Below, piece after piece: positions 47,701 through 59,774 of a stretch of DNA of 64,000 nucleotides. The translations under genes were made by a program, and so were the position numbers. Source of the stretch: Antedon mediterranea (Eukaryota; Animalia; Echinodermata); the NCBI RefSeq assembly GCF_964355755.1, contig NC_092672.1, positions 37,516,437 to 37,580,436 of the forward strand, read 5' to 3'. The notes below the pieces were generated by a model. It saw only the letters and a program-made list of their open reading frames with translations. It searched no databases and was not told the DNA's origin. How positions within the stretch are numbered: position 1 is the stretch's first letter; each line of letters begins with the position of its first letter.

Positions 47701-49552
47701 AATAAATGTGAATGTATCAGGGAAGAGTTAAATTATTATTATTATAAGTTTTTCATTTTCAAATGAAAAACTTAGACCTCTTAGGTTTATAGTTCAACAT
47801 ATAGTACATCATTTGCGTAAAATGAGAAATAATAAAGTTTTCAAGAATTACGACTTTACAACAAAAGAGAACCGTGAAACTCGACAATTAATCAACTTAT
47901 GAACAAATAAACAAAGTTTTGTTTAGATCGTTTAGATCGTCGGGCGAATAAATGGTCAGTTTCTATATATACAATCACTTTGCATGACTAACGACATGTG
48001 ACCACTACAAAAGGTTAATATGCTGCAAGCCAAGAGACTATCTGAATCTTTTCAACACTTTACCGTTACTAATACGGTAAAGTTGTGAAAAGATTCCGAT
48101 ACACAAGATTCCATACATAGCCTACAGTAACAAACTAATACTATTAGATTTACGAGTAGGCTATGTAGAGACATACGGTAGTATAAACAGCTAACAATTA
48201 CACCTTTATATAAAAACATTATTCAAATCACAGAGATTTGTACAATGTACAATTTTTACGTTCGGTTCTAAACTCAAATTTAAGTATATATTTATTTGAG
48301 AATATTCTCCATGACATTAAATTTTCCCCTACAGGCCATATACAAAAACTATGTATACTTAACTATAATAAAAGCGTCATAAAACAAACCATATCGTTGT
48401 TTGAACAATAAAATAATAGCATGTTATACACCAATTTGTTAAAAAACCATAAATGGATTCGACCTTTATCATACTTTTCAATAGCCTGTTTGTAGTTTCT
48501 TACAGTATGTCTTATGTAAGCTACCGTATTTAGTCGTATTATATAATGGATTATAATTTCTAATTGATTTTAAGTGGGGGAGGGGGAGAGATGGGTCACC
48601 AGTTTTCCCGCCTAAACGGATGCTTGTCGTACGTATCCCTTTGGGCAGACTACCCTGGATATTTCAAGGTTACAATTTACACACTACACCGCACTGTGCT
48701 AATTGCAATTTAAAAGAAATATTATAATTTATTTTTGGATCCATATTTACGAGATGTCTGCAGCTGACGACACGTGACATAAACACGACGTTTTTCTTAA
48801 TTACACATTCCAGTTTACGAGTGCTGGTACACGGGCTGGTAGGCCTACACTACTACTAAACACTCGAGATAATTTTGTTGGCGTTCGTTAGAGATTGTTG
48901 TTGTTTTAATACAGCTAAAAAGTGAAATGAATTGATGCATACAGATTTTTAAAAAAAATCAAAACAATAGATCGAGGAATCGAGGAAAAAGTAGACCTTA
49001 TGACAGTTGACCTTACACAGTTTACGGTGCGTTTATGAAATAATTGTTATCGGTTGTGTTTTATTAAAAATATCCATTTTTATATATATAGGCCTACTAG
49101 TAGTAGCTAGGTCTGTATGCACGGTACACCAATTTCAATAGAGAACACACTGTTGTATTTGCTCAGCGTAACACAAAGAAAAACAATTTAGCAAAATATA
49201 ATAACGAAAATGATCGAAATACAGTATGATGAATACATTACACAGGATACCATATGCCGCATGCTCTCTGGTGTACGTAGTATATAGTAGCCTACTAGAG
49301 TAGTAGTAGTAGTAGTAGCACTATACTACACAAGCAGTAATACTATACTATTAGTATTACTATTTACTAGATGCTGCTCTACTTTTGAAGGTCAGTGCAT
49401 GAAGTCTTGTTTCACACGGTCCACGCATTTCTCCTTGAAACACTACAACTAATTTCAAAGATTAAACTTACCCATAATCCGACTAAAAGCACAAATATGA
49501 AATATGCAACGACGATCGCAATATCCCATCCATTCAGTGTAGCGTACTCCAT
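35718..49552 (-). CDS. Sodium/glucose cotransporter, SLC5A SGLT-type (SGLT1/4/5-like), 13 coding exons, about 635 aa
   Basis: Exons 5'->3': 49472-49552, 47285-47461, 46786-46845, 45685-45789, 45252-45357, 44829-44909, 44304-44512, 43666-43909, 43130-43280, 42286-42454, 37145-37360, 36556-36667, 35718-35914 (1908 nt, in frame, with an in-frame TAA just upstream of the ATG). SSS-family motifs: [92 protein letters not shown]. The exact paralog cannot be assigned. Confidence 0.95.
35967..36328. repeat. Tandem duplication, 2 x about 185 bp, in the last SLC5A intron
   Basis: CATTATACAAATACTGTACAA...GAGCAGAGTC(C/T)ATCAATATTCAT occurs twice, near-identical. Confidence 0.9.
38334..39836 (+). CDS. Small secreted PAN/apple-domain protein, copy 1 (135 aa), nested antisense in an SLC5A intron
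   Basis: Exons 38334-38618, 39422-39476 and 39769-39836 are GT-AG and in frame. Signal peptide [21 protein letters not shown]; PAN-type C-x3-C-x5-C-x-S-x-N-x7-C; tail ...[19 protein letters not shown]; AATAAA at 39972-39977. Confidence 0.8.
38882..39325. mobile_element. About 445-bp MITE (family C) in intron 1 of PAN copy 1
   Basis: TIRs AAGGCCAATTTACACTAGGACGATAACGAT / ATCGTTATCGTCCTAGTGTAAATGGACCTT, with inner inverted TTCTAGAACTATAGAATAA. It is absent from the paralogous site near 41403. Confidence 0.85.
40753..41863 (+). CDS. Small secreted PAN/apple-domain protein, copy 2 (131 aa), nested antisense in an SLC5A intron
   Basis: Exons 40753-41037, 41494-41551 and 41811-41863 have the same intron phases (0 and 1) as copy 1. 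Exon 1 is about 94% identical to copy 1. Tail ...[17 protein letters not shown]. Confidence 0.8.
42506..42622. mobile_element. MITE family B, internally deleted
   Basis: AAAGCTC joined to the interior, with an intact right TIR. Confidence 0.8.
43477..43610. mobile_element. MITE family A
   Basis: AAGCTTGGTT...GACGCAACGCAAGGACGT...ACGTTGCGTTACGTC...AGTGGGAAGCAAGC, with palindromic organisation. Confidence 0.75.
46262..46408. mobile_element. MITE family A
   Basis: TIRs AAGCTTGGTTCCCA / CTAGTGGGAATCAAGCT. Confidence 0.8.
46995..47150. repeat. Degenerate GC-rich 15-bp tandem repeat, about 10 copies
   Basis: Units resemble CACCCGGTCGTTCAT and are followed by a poly-C run. Confidence 0.75.
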
Positions 49553-50487
49553 GTTTTTTTATTCGCGTGGGTTACTTTCCCCCTGGGGCATCTTCCGTTA
49601 CGTGTCAAATGCAATGTGTAAGAAAGGGAAGTAGTCGAACCTCCGTCATACCTACGGTAGATTCCATTTTCATTTAGGGGTGTACATAAATCATTATCTA
49701 TCAATGTGTGGAGGAGGTCGTCGTAGTGGTTTAGAACCCGAAATAATTGTCAACAACTATCTACCACAAATTTATAAAACATATTGCCGACAAATGTTAC
49801 CGAAACCGTAAATGTTAAAACATGTCACCCGCAAATGTAAATAACTTTTTACCTCAAAATAAGTGTAAAAACCTATCCGACGCAAAATAAAATGTAGGGT
49901 AATGTGTTTTTAATGTAGGTCTCACTCTCATGATAGTTTTCCATTCAAATAACATTTATGAACATTTTTTTTAAATAAAACAAATATCATTTAATCCTAC
50001 AATCAATAAACTTTTTTTTCTGTATAGTATCTGTTTGGTATGTTGTCAGAAGGACTAGGCCTAAGGAAATATAAAAAAAATCCTCGGAATGTTGAAATTA
50101 AAATTAATAATTTATTATAAAACACATATATAATTTGTAAAATCCAAACATTTTTAAAGCGATAATAAACTATGTCAATTTAAGAGATAATAATTAAACA
50201 AATGCCTGAGATTGACTAATTAGGATGTCATCCAAACAATTTGATCTGATGGCATTATTCTGACGTCATATAATACCAGAGTACAACGCACGGGAGTTTA
50301 ATACAACTCCCTGTTAATATCATCTGTGCTCAATCTTAAGCAGACCATCCGGGATCCCCAAACAACTCGACCTGATTAAAGTTGGCGCCGTTTGAAAAAT
50401 AATTTCGATGATTGTCCCTCGAAAAAGCGTGCGATGTTTTGACATTTGCGGTTTTTACGATTTCTAAAACGTATGGTAATATTGTAA

Positions 50488-50605
50488 AGCTTGGTTCCCA
50501 CTAGAGACGCAACGCAACTACGTAATGCAACGTAAGTGTTTTGACCAATCACAAGCGATGGATAATTCGAACTAATAGTGGCTTGTCATTGGACGTCAAC
50601 TCGCT
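50488..50605. mobile_element. MITE family A, truncated
   Basis: AAGCTTGGTTCCCACTAGAGACGCAACGCAA...TTGACCAATCACAAGCGATGGAT. Confidence 0.75.
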
Positions 50606-50986
50606 CAACTGTTCTTAACTACATAATTATTAAATATAATCTTTATTAATTCATTTTCAAATTTTAACGAAAAAGTACAGTTTCACCGACGATTATCCAA
50701 CATTGTTTCTCCTGTTCTCAAATCATAATTGGATTAAATCCATTAAATCCATTTACATTTATTCAGTAATATATATTTACATTATAATAATACAATATTG
50801 CAGGGATCTTACAGAGAAAAGTCTATTTTCTGTAGTCGTAAGAAAAGTATTAATCTAAAGACCTTTAAAAAATTCATTTTTTTAAAGATAAAAATGACAC
50901 GTTTGATAAATATATTATACTACTTAAGCTTTATGATTTAAGCACAACATGACCGACTTAATCAACATGATGGTATGACTGTTCTG

Positions 50987-53618
50987 CTAATCGTTGCCGG
51001 GTACAACTTTACATGGTAATTCCATAGCTTCTCTTAGTCTTGCTAATCTTCTACTGTTGAACTTGTTGTCATAAAAGGGTACAAAGAAAAATATCTATAA
51101 AGAAATAGAATCAGAATAAACTATACAGTTTAAAAAACAAAAAACAAATGTGTATAATACTCTTCTATTACTTATTTCATATTCATATTGATAATGCCAG
51201 TGAGTTATTAATTTTCATTTATGTAATTAATTTTCTTCAGATTTTTCTTTCTCAGAAATGATATACGTTCTAGTTTAAGTTTTATTTATTTTAAAAGGCA
51301 AAAACTCGATAAGCGAAAGCTTTTTTTTTTGGTCTTTTGTCTTTAGTTTTGATTTCATGTATGTGAAAAAGAACTAACAAGAAAGAAAGACAATAAAGAT
51401 TATTATGAAGATTATTATGAAGTATTCATTAAAACGTGTCTTCTGTAAAGCGTGGTTCCCACTAGACACAACGCAAGGACGTACGCGCAACTCAAGCGAG
51501 TTGACCAATGAAAAGCCACTGTTCGAATAATCCATCGCTCGTTATTGGTTCAATCACTTACGTTGCGGTACGTCCTTGCGTTGCGCGCGCGCCAGTAGTG
51601 AGAACCAAGCTTTATAACACAGAGACTACCTTAACAATAAACCTTTTGTTTGTTGTTGCAGCGTGGTGTGTATCAGGCATGATTGAACATGTTACTTACA
51701 CAGTTGAAAATAAAGGCAAATGGTACCCATGTTGGAAGAAATCCACTTGAAAACGAATAGCACTGAAAAAGTAAAAACGAACACATTTTGGGTCAAAAAG
51801 TGAGGGCGTGTGGCGCGGTTTGAACGCTGGACGTTGAACTACTAGACTGGTCGTGATTTTGAATCCAACGCCGCTTGGTGTCGCATGCATTTGCCTCTCT
51901 CTACTCAGGTGTACAAATGGGTACTAATGGGCCAAGACACAACTTTGATGATTACTGTTTTTTTTTGTACTTATTAGAAGAACTTATTCAAAGTGTAATG
52001 TTTTTCTACTTGCTTATTTCAGTCATCATCATATTTATTGGTTTTTTTTTATCTGGAGGTTCAGATTTATAGCCAGACGTGTGGCTTATTGTAATCTCCA
52101 CACAAGATCAAAGTTTTTTTTTATTATAATAAATGTATATAGTGTAATATGTAAAAAGAAAACTGAAACTGGCACTGAAACTGGCTGCGACATTTATAGG
52201 GATGTATGGTTCAGACAACTGAGAATGACCGGGGTAATGTGAAGCGTTTTGAGCCTTATTAAGTGTTCTGTATAAACTTCAGTTTACACAGAAGAGTGGT
52301 CGGTAACGGTAAGCGGAAAACCGCGTAGCTTGTCGCACGTAGAATCTGTATCTCTGAGCGCGTAAACTGCCCGTATTACCGTTACCGCTTGTCTGTGTAA
52401 ATTGGCCTTAAAGACCGACGTATTATTAGAAATCTAGAAATATCAGTGGTAAACCGGACTACATTGTGAAACGTTGGCATGCCCATTTTTGTCGGGCCAA
52501 TGGTTTCATTATTTGTGTCTATTACAAAAAAAAAAAAACAGTAAAAAGAATGAGAGAAAAGCAAACCTTCGCCTCAGAACCACTTTCTCTACCAGGTCTA
52601 AACTCAATTTCTACCACATCTAACCACTCGGCCCACGTATAGTTAAATATCTCCACAAAATAATGTTCCTCGTCGACCTGCAGTACCAAAGAAAAAATAT
52701 ATTTAATATTCTAAAATTTTTTAGTACTTTTCGATCGATTGGATCAACAAAAAAGAAAAATTCCCTACTATAGGCCTATTTACTTGGTTCTTGAAAGAGT
52801 AATTTGCATTTGAAGTATTTTACTTAAATGTTGCTTACTTTAAACAAGTAACCTGGCATGTTACGTAATAAGAGGAATGTTCAATGTTAAGTATGTGCTT
52901 ACTTTATGAACTTGGTAGGTTGACTTAGGATCCAGTAATTGCACCGTATCAACCGCCTTTATTACCTTGGCTACACATTCTTCTGCTACTGTTTCTGAAC
53001 AAACCCATCTGAAAATGAATAGAGAGGCTACGTGCTTTGGTAATGAGTTTATTATATTTATTGCATTCTTCATTATGCCCTGACCTTCTAAGCGCCTATT
53101 CATATTATTCATATTTAGTATTGTTTATTTTATTGTGGGTAACCTCTTTAGTCAAAGACTGGTCTCCAAGTGGGCCCAGTTATGATCAGTGTATGTACTA
53201 ATAAACCGGGGTAACCCAGCTCCGTACGATGTGTATACACCGTACCTACGGTTTATAGTCCTTATTATCCGCGAGAAGACTTGTTCTACCACCAAAACCA
53301 TGGAGCAAGTGAGGCTCGAACCCTTGCCGATGTTATGGCTACGTAATTACGGTTTCACTATATTAAATGCTCGTCGGCCACTCACACATTTATAATTCAC
53401 ATCACTAACTATCACGCCATCATCATCATCACTCCAGCATAATCATCATAACGTTTATTTTTTCCATAAACTTTATCTTTACCCCAAAAAGTCATATAAT
53501 TTCATTTATACACATACTTTTCTCTATGACGATGTAGGCTACGAATGCCAGGTAACCAGACGGCTGGACGTAGTGCGGCTTGGATTGGTCCTTGTAATGA
53601 ACTGAGAAACGATACCAT
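50987..53618 (-). CDS. Uncharacterised 162-aa protein with DUF1499-like C-terminal motifs, 5 coding exons
   Basis: Exons 53518-53618, 52903-53008, 52567-52677, 51700-51762 and 50987-51094 are GT-AG and in frame (489 nt): MVSFLSSLQGPIQAALRPAVWLPGIRSLHRHREKWVCSETVAEECVAKVIKAVDTVQLLDPKSTYQVHKVDEEHYFVEIFNYTWAEWLDVVEIEFRPGRESGSEAKCYSFSSGFLPTWVPFAFIFNCIFFFVPFYDNKFNSRRLARLREAMELPCKVVPGND*. An acceptor at 53629 implies an upstream UTR exon, with a candidate donor GTGAGT at about 54202. Confidence 0.8.
51449..51612. mobile_element. MITE family A
   Basis: TAAAGCGTGGTTCCCACTAG...TAGTGAGAACCAAGCTTTA. Confidence 0.8.
51805..52275 (+). mobile_element. Decayed tRNA-derived SINE, interrupted by an insertion
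   Basis: A-box-like TGGCGCGGTTTG, decayed B-box TTTGAATCC, central CTCAGGTGTACAAATGGGTAC, and a 3' GTGAAGCGTTTTGAG...TATAAA segment. An AT-rich insert lies at about 51940-52190. Confidence 0.5.
52275..52410. mobile_element. MITE, single-unit relative of the element at 63800
   Basis: Imperfect TIRs TTTACACAGA...CGGTAACGGTAA / TTACCGTTACCG...TCTGTGTAAATTGGCC followed by TTAA. The interior is the reverse complement of one 42-bp unit. Confidence 0.7.
53200..53385 (-). mobile_element. tRNA-derived SINE with a Nin/Deu-like central domain
   Basis: Minus strand: AGTGGCCGACGAG (A-box-like), GGTTCGAGCC (B-box), then TCTCGCGGATAATAAGGACTATAAACCGTAGGT, which resembles the recalled Nin/Deu-SINE core. 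Confidence 0.55.
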
Positions 53619-53705
53619 AGTGTCGAACCTATTTAGTAAGAAACAAAAATAAACGATCAACAGCAGTAAACATTTGTTTATGCTTTAAGCTAAGTGTGAT
53701 GGGTT

Positions 53706-53834
53706 CAAATATGGTAGTGATATGCCCAAATATGGTATAGTGATATGCCCAAATATGGTAGTGATATGACATCATCCTGTCCTTATATGGGAATATCACA
53801 TTTTGATGTCACATAAAGTTTGATAGTGTAGACA
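53706..53834. mobile_element. MITE family B, partial
   Basis: Three AAATATGGTAGTGATATG subrepeats and the TIR AAGTTTGATAGTGTAGACA. Confidence 0.8.
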
Positions 53835-54583
53835 ATTAGGAATCTTTCAATTTGACTTTTACTTCACAAGCCATATTGTAAAATAATAAAAAGAATAAAC
53901 ATAATATTAAACAACATGCAATTGATAACGTTTATTAGTTTAACATTCAAACATGCCACTCTACAAATATTGGGCACGATAAGTGGGTTCAAAAGGCTAG
54001 CCTACAAAACCCGTTAAACCTAGAAGTTTATCATAAATCTACAACAGACATAGAGATTATAGACTTATATGCCTACATTATAATATTTACCACTTACTAT
54101 ACTAACTATAGTTCCATGGTCTTAGTATCGTACAGAGCTCTAGCCTAATGCCACCTTAAAATTACTAAAAATTGTTTCAATACTTTCATCCAAAATACTC
54201 ACGGGTTGTCTACAGCACCTAACCAATTATAACAACCGACAATTTCTTAACTAACTATTTGTAATCGGTATACCTGTTAGTTCCTGAAAATCATCGCTGA
54301 AATAACAACAGTACTTGTAAATTATTGTAATACTCCTATTCATAATATCGATAACAGAGCTAGCGCCCTCTATAACCTTTAAAGCGCGACAGATATCGAA
54401 TATTATAATTTTTTTGAATTTGAATACATCCTCTTTAATATCTCATGTTTGAAAATAAATTGTTCAATTGTTGGTATTGACACCGCGAGATGTGTAAACG
54501 TATAGGCCTACATAGAACAATAGTATTATTGCATTATTAACAGTTACACTTTGAAAAGTGCATTATGCTTGGAAAAAAGATTA

Positions 54584-57500
54584 GAAATCCATTTACTGTA
54601 CATGAAGTAGCACAGTAGTAGATATTACATGAAATCCATTTACTGTACATGAAGTAGTACAGTAGTAGATATTACATGAAATCCATGTACTGTACATGAA
54701 GTAGTACAGTAGTAGATATTACATGAAATCCATTTACTGTACATGAAGTAGTACAGTAGTAGATATTACATGAAATCCATTTACTGTACATGAAGTAGTA
54801 CAGTAGTAGATATTACATGAAATCCATGTACTGTACATGAAGTAGTACAGTAGTAGATATTACATGAAATCCATTTACTGTACATGAAGTAGTACAGTAG
54901 TAGATATTACATGAAATCCATTTACTGTACATGAAGTAGCACAGTAGTAGATATTACATGAAATCCATTTACTGTACATGAAGTAGTACAGTAGTAGATA
55001 TTACATGAAATCCATTTACTGTACATGAAGTAGCACAGTAGTAGATATTACATGAAATCCATTTACTGTAGGCTACATGAAGTAGCACAGTAGTAGATAT
55101 TACATGAAATCCATTTACTGTACATGAAGTAGTACAGTAGTAGATATTACATGAAATCCATTTACTGTACATGAAGTAGCACAGTAGTAGATATTACATG
55201 AAATCCATTTACTGTACATGAAGTAGTACAGTAGTAGATATTACATGAAATCCATTTACTGTACATGAAGTAGCACAGTAGTAGATATTACATGAAATCC
55301 ATTTACTGTACATGAAGTAGCACAGTAGTAGATATTACATGAAATCCATTTACTGTACATGAAGTAGTACAGTAGTAGATATTACATGAAATCCATTTAC
55401 TGTACATGAAGTAGCACAGTAGTAGATATTACATGAAATCCATTTACTGTACATGAAGTAGCACAGTAGTAGATATTACATGAAATCCATTTACTGTACA
55501 TGAAGTAGCACAGTAGTAGATATTACATGAAATCCATTTACTGTACATGAAGTAGCACAGTAGTAGATATTACATGAAATCCATTTACTGTACATGAAGT
55601 AGCACAGTAGTAGACATTACATGAAATCCATTTACTGTACATGAAGTAGCACAGTAGTAGATATTACATGAAATCCATTTACTGTACATGAAGTAGCACA
55701 GTAGTAGATATTACATGAAATCCATTTACTGTACATGAAGTAGCACAGTAGTAGATATTACATGAAATCCATTTACTGTACATGAAGTAGCACAGTAGTA
55801 GACATTACATGAAATCCATTTACTGTACATGAAGTAGCACAGTAGTAGATATTACATGAAATCCATGTACTGTACATGAAGTAGTACAGTAGTAGATATT
55901 ACATGAAATCCATTTACTGTACATGAAGTAGTACAGTAGTAGATATTACATGAAATCCATTTACTGTACATGAAGTAGCACAGTAGTAGATATTACATGA
56001 AATCCATTTACTGTACATGAAGTAGTACAGTAGTAGATATTACATGAAATCCATTTACTGTACATGAAGTAGTACAGAAGTAGATATTACATGAAATCCA
56101 TTTACTGTACATGAAGTAGTACAGTAGTAGATATTACATGAAATCAGATTCAGATTCAGATTCAGATTCAGATAATATTTATTTAGATAATAATGAATGA
56201 ATATATACAAAATAGAAAAAAAGATATTAAAGTGAACATAGATAAAGCAGTAATTGGTAGTCATTATTATCATGGATCCCTTCTAGAAGTTAAAAACTTG
56301 TCTCGTAGGGATCCATAACAAAACACATTACTAAAAAAATAAAAATAACCTAGAATATATAATTATATAATTTAGGATAAAAAATTACAGTATAATAACA
56401 TAACACATCTTCTTTATAAAAATTATTTAAATTATATTTCAATAGTTTCATGATAATTATAAATGAAATAACTACCGATATTGGTAAATGAAAAAAAAAA
56501 TATGTATACATAAATTATAATTCCAGTATATATATAGTATATACTATATATACATTATATATAGTATAGATTAAAGATTGCAATAATAAACAACAACTAA
56601 TATTTTGTGTAAGACATAAATATGTGTATTACATGAAATCCATTTACTGTACATGAAGTAGCACAGTAGTAGATATTACATGAAATCCATGTACTGTACA
56701 TGAAGTAGTACAGTAGTAGATATTACATGAAATCCATGTACTGTACATGAAGTAGCACAGTAGTAGATATTACATGAAATCCATGTACTGTACATGAAGT
56801 AGTACAGTAGTAGATATTACATGAAATCCATGTACTGTACATGAAGTAGCACAGTAGTAGATATTACATGAAATCCATTTACTGTACATGAAGTAGCACA
56901 GTAGTAGATATTACATGAAATCCATTTACTGTACATGAAGTAGTACAATAGTAGATATTACATGAAATCCATTTACTGTACATGAAGTAGCACAGTAGTA
57001 GATATTACATGAAATCCATTTACTGTACATGAAGTAGCACAGTAGTAGATATTACATGAAATCCATTTACTGTACATGAAGTAGCACAGTAGTAGATATT
57101 ACATGAAATCCATTTACTGTACATGAAGTAGCACAGTAGTAGATATTACATGAAATCCATTTACTGTACATGAAGTAGTACAATAGTAGATATTACATGA
57201 AATCCATTTACTGTACATGAAGTAGCACAGTAGTAGATATTACATGAAATCCATTTACTGTACATGAAGTAGTACAATAGTAGATATTACATGAAATCCA
57301 TGTACTGTACATGAAGTAGCACAGTAGTAGATATTACATGAAATCCATTTACTGTACATGAAGTAGCACAGTAGTAGATATTACATGAAATCCATTTACT
57401 GTACATGAAGTAGCACAGTAGTAGATATTACATGAAATCCATTTACTGTACATGAAGTAGCACAGTAGTAGATATTACATGAAATCCATTTACTGTACAT

Positions 57501-59110
57501 GAAGTAGCACAGTAGTAGATATTACATGAAATCCATTTACTGTAGGCTACATGAAGTAGCACAGTAGTAGATATTACATGAAATCCATTTACTGTAGGCT
57601 ACATGAAGTAGCACAGTAGTAGATATTACATGAAATCCATTTACTGTAGGCTACATGAAGTAGCACAGTAGTAGATATTACATGAAATCCATTTACTGTA
57701 CATGAAGTAGTACAGTAGTAGATATTACATGAAATCCATTTACTGTACATGAAGTAGCACAGTAGTAGATATTACATGAAATCCATTTACTGTACATGAA
57801 GTAGCACAGTAGTAGATATTACATGAAATCCATTTACTGTACATGAAGTAGCACAGTAGTAGATATTACATGAAATCCATTTACTGTACATGAAGTAGTA
57901 CAATAGTAGATATTACATGAAATCCATTTACTGTACATGAAGTAGCACAGTAGTAGATATTACATGAAATCCATTTACTGTACATGAAGTAGTACAATAG
58001 TAGATATTACATGAAATCCATGTACTGTACATGAAGTAGCACAGTAGTAGATATTACATGAAATCCATTTACTGTACATGAAGTAGCACAGTAGTAGATA
58101 TTACATGAAATCCATTTACTGTACATGAAGTAGGACAGTAGTAGATATTACATGAAATCCATTTACTGTACATGAAGTAGCACAGTAGTAGATATTACAT
58201 GAAATCCATTTACTGTAGGCTACATGAAGTAGTACAGTAGTAGATATTACATGAAATCCATTTACTGTACATGAAGTAGCACAGTAGTAGATATTACATG
58301 AAATCCATTTACTGTACATGAAGTAGCACAGTAGTAGATATTACATGAAATCCATTTACTGTACATGAAGTAGCACAGTAGTAGATATTACATGAAATCC
58401 ATTTACTGTAGGCTACATGAAGTAGCACAGTAGTAGATATTACATGAAATCCATTTACTGTACATGAAGTAGTACAGTAGTAGATATTACATGAAATCCA
58501 TTTACTGTACATGAAGTAGCACAGTAGTAGATATTACATGAAATCCATTTACTGTACATGAAGTAGTACAGTAGTAGATATTACATGAAATCCATTTACT
58601 GTACATGAAGTAGCACAGTAGTAGACATTACATGAAATCCATTTACTGTACATGAAGTAGCACAGTAGTAGATATTACATGAAATCCATGTACTGTACAT
58701 GAAGTAGTACAGTAGTAGATATTACATGAAATCCATTTACTGTACATGAAGTAGTACAGTAGTAGATATTACATGAAATCCATGTACTGTACATGAAGTA
58801 GTACAGTAGTAGATATTACATGAAATCCATTTACTGTACATGAAGTAGTACAGTAGTAGATATTACATGAAATCCATGTACTGTACATGAAGTAGCACAG
58901 TAGTAGATATTACATGAAATCCATGTACTGTACATGAAGTAGCACAGTAGTAGATATTACATGAAATCCATGTACTGTACATGAAGTAGTACAGTAGTAG
59001 ATATTACATGAAATCCATGTACTGTACATGAAGTAGTACAGTAGTAGATATTACATGAAATCCATTTACTGTAGGCTACATGAAGTAGCACAGTAGTAGA
59101 TATTACATGA
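54584..59110. repeat. 47-bp satellite array (about 33 + 52 copies) interrupted by a 481-bp insertion
   Basis: Unit GAAATCCATTTACTGTACATGAAGTAG(C/T)ACAGTAGTAGATATTACAT. Occasional 52-bp variants carry a GGCTA insertion. Confidence 0.98.
56146..56626 (-). mobile_element. 5'-truncated non-LTR retroposon 3' end inserted in the satellite
   Basis: On the minus strand it ends in ...AAATAAATATTATC(TGAATC)n. It has an internal stem-loop ATGGATCCCT...AGGGATCCAT (56272-56316). It is flanked by a 14-bp duplication TATTACATGAAATC (56132-56145 and 56627-56640). Confidence 0.7.
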
Positions 59111-59208
59111 CATTATGTAGAACGGTAGAATCGTAATGGCAGTTTATAGTGACCATTAGAATTGGCTAAACTTTTTAAGGTTTGTATTGAAGGCGGTAGA
59201 TCACAGTG

Positions 59209-59298
59209 AAACCAGGACAACGAATACTTAAAACCATGACAACGAATACTTGAAACCAAGACAACGAATACTTGAAACCATGGCAACGAATATTTAAA
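59209..59298. repeat. About 22-bp tandem repeat, 4 copies
   Basis: Unit AAACCA(A/T/G)GACAACGAATACTT(G/A). Confidence 0.85.
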
Positions 59299-59774
59299 CA
59301 AGTGACAATTTCAACCTACAAATTCAACAGCAAATAATAAACATTATCTGAACAAGCACGATCAAGTCGTTCCAATAAAAACTGATCTAAAATTACACAA
59401 AATGTCAATGTATTGAGTTTCAATTTACATTTGCATGCAATCGCTGAGCTTTACAGCTTCTGTTCAAAGGTTTATTGGAATTATTTCAAAATGTTAATTA
59501 ATGTTAACAGACACGTGACATCAAATTAATAAACGGAAAAAAAAATTATTGATTATTTTGAAAGAAAATAAATAAATTAAAATTATCATATAGTTTGTAT
59601 GATTGGTCCCTGATATCTAAGATATAGATTTTGTGAGTTTTCTTTTATCCACAGTTAATTTAAAAAATATAAGTACAAAATATCACAATTCGCTTTTCCT
59701 GTGAAGAGGAATACTTTTATTAGCAGTATAATATCAATGATCAACAAATGAATTGATTCAGACCTCAGCCTAGT

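Noticed and set aside
54584-59110. CRISPR array or coding repeat (ORFs MYSKWISCNIYYC...)
   Set aside because: Units are head-to-tail with no unique spacers, there are no cas genes and the context is eukaryotic. The ORFs arise where 52-bp variants shift the frame.
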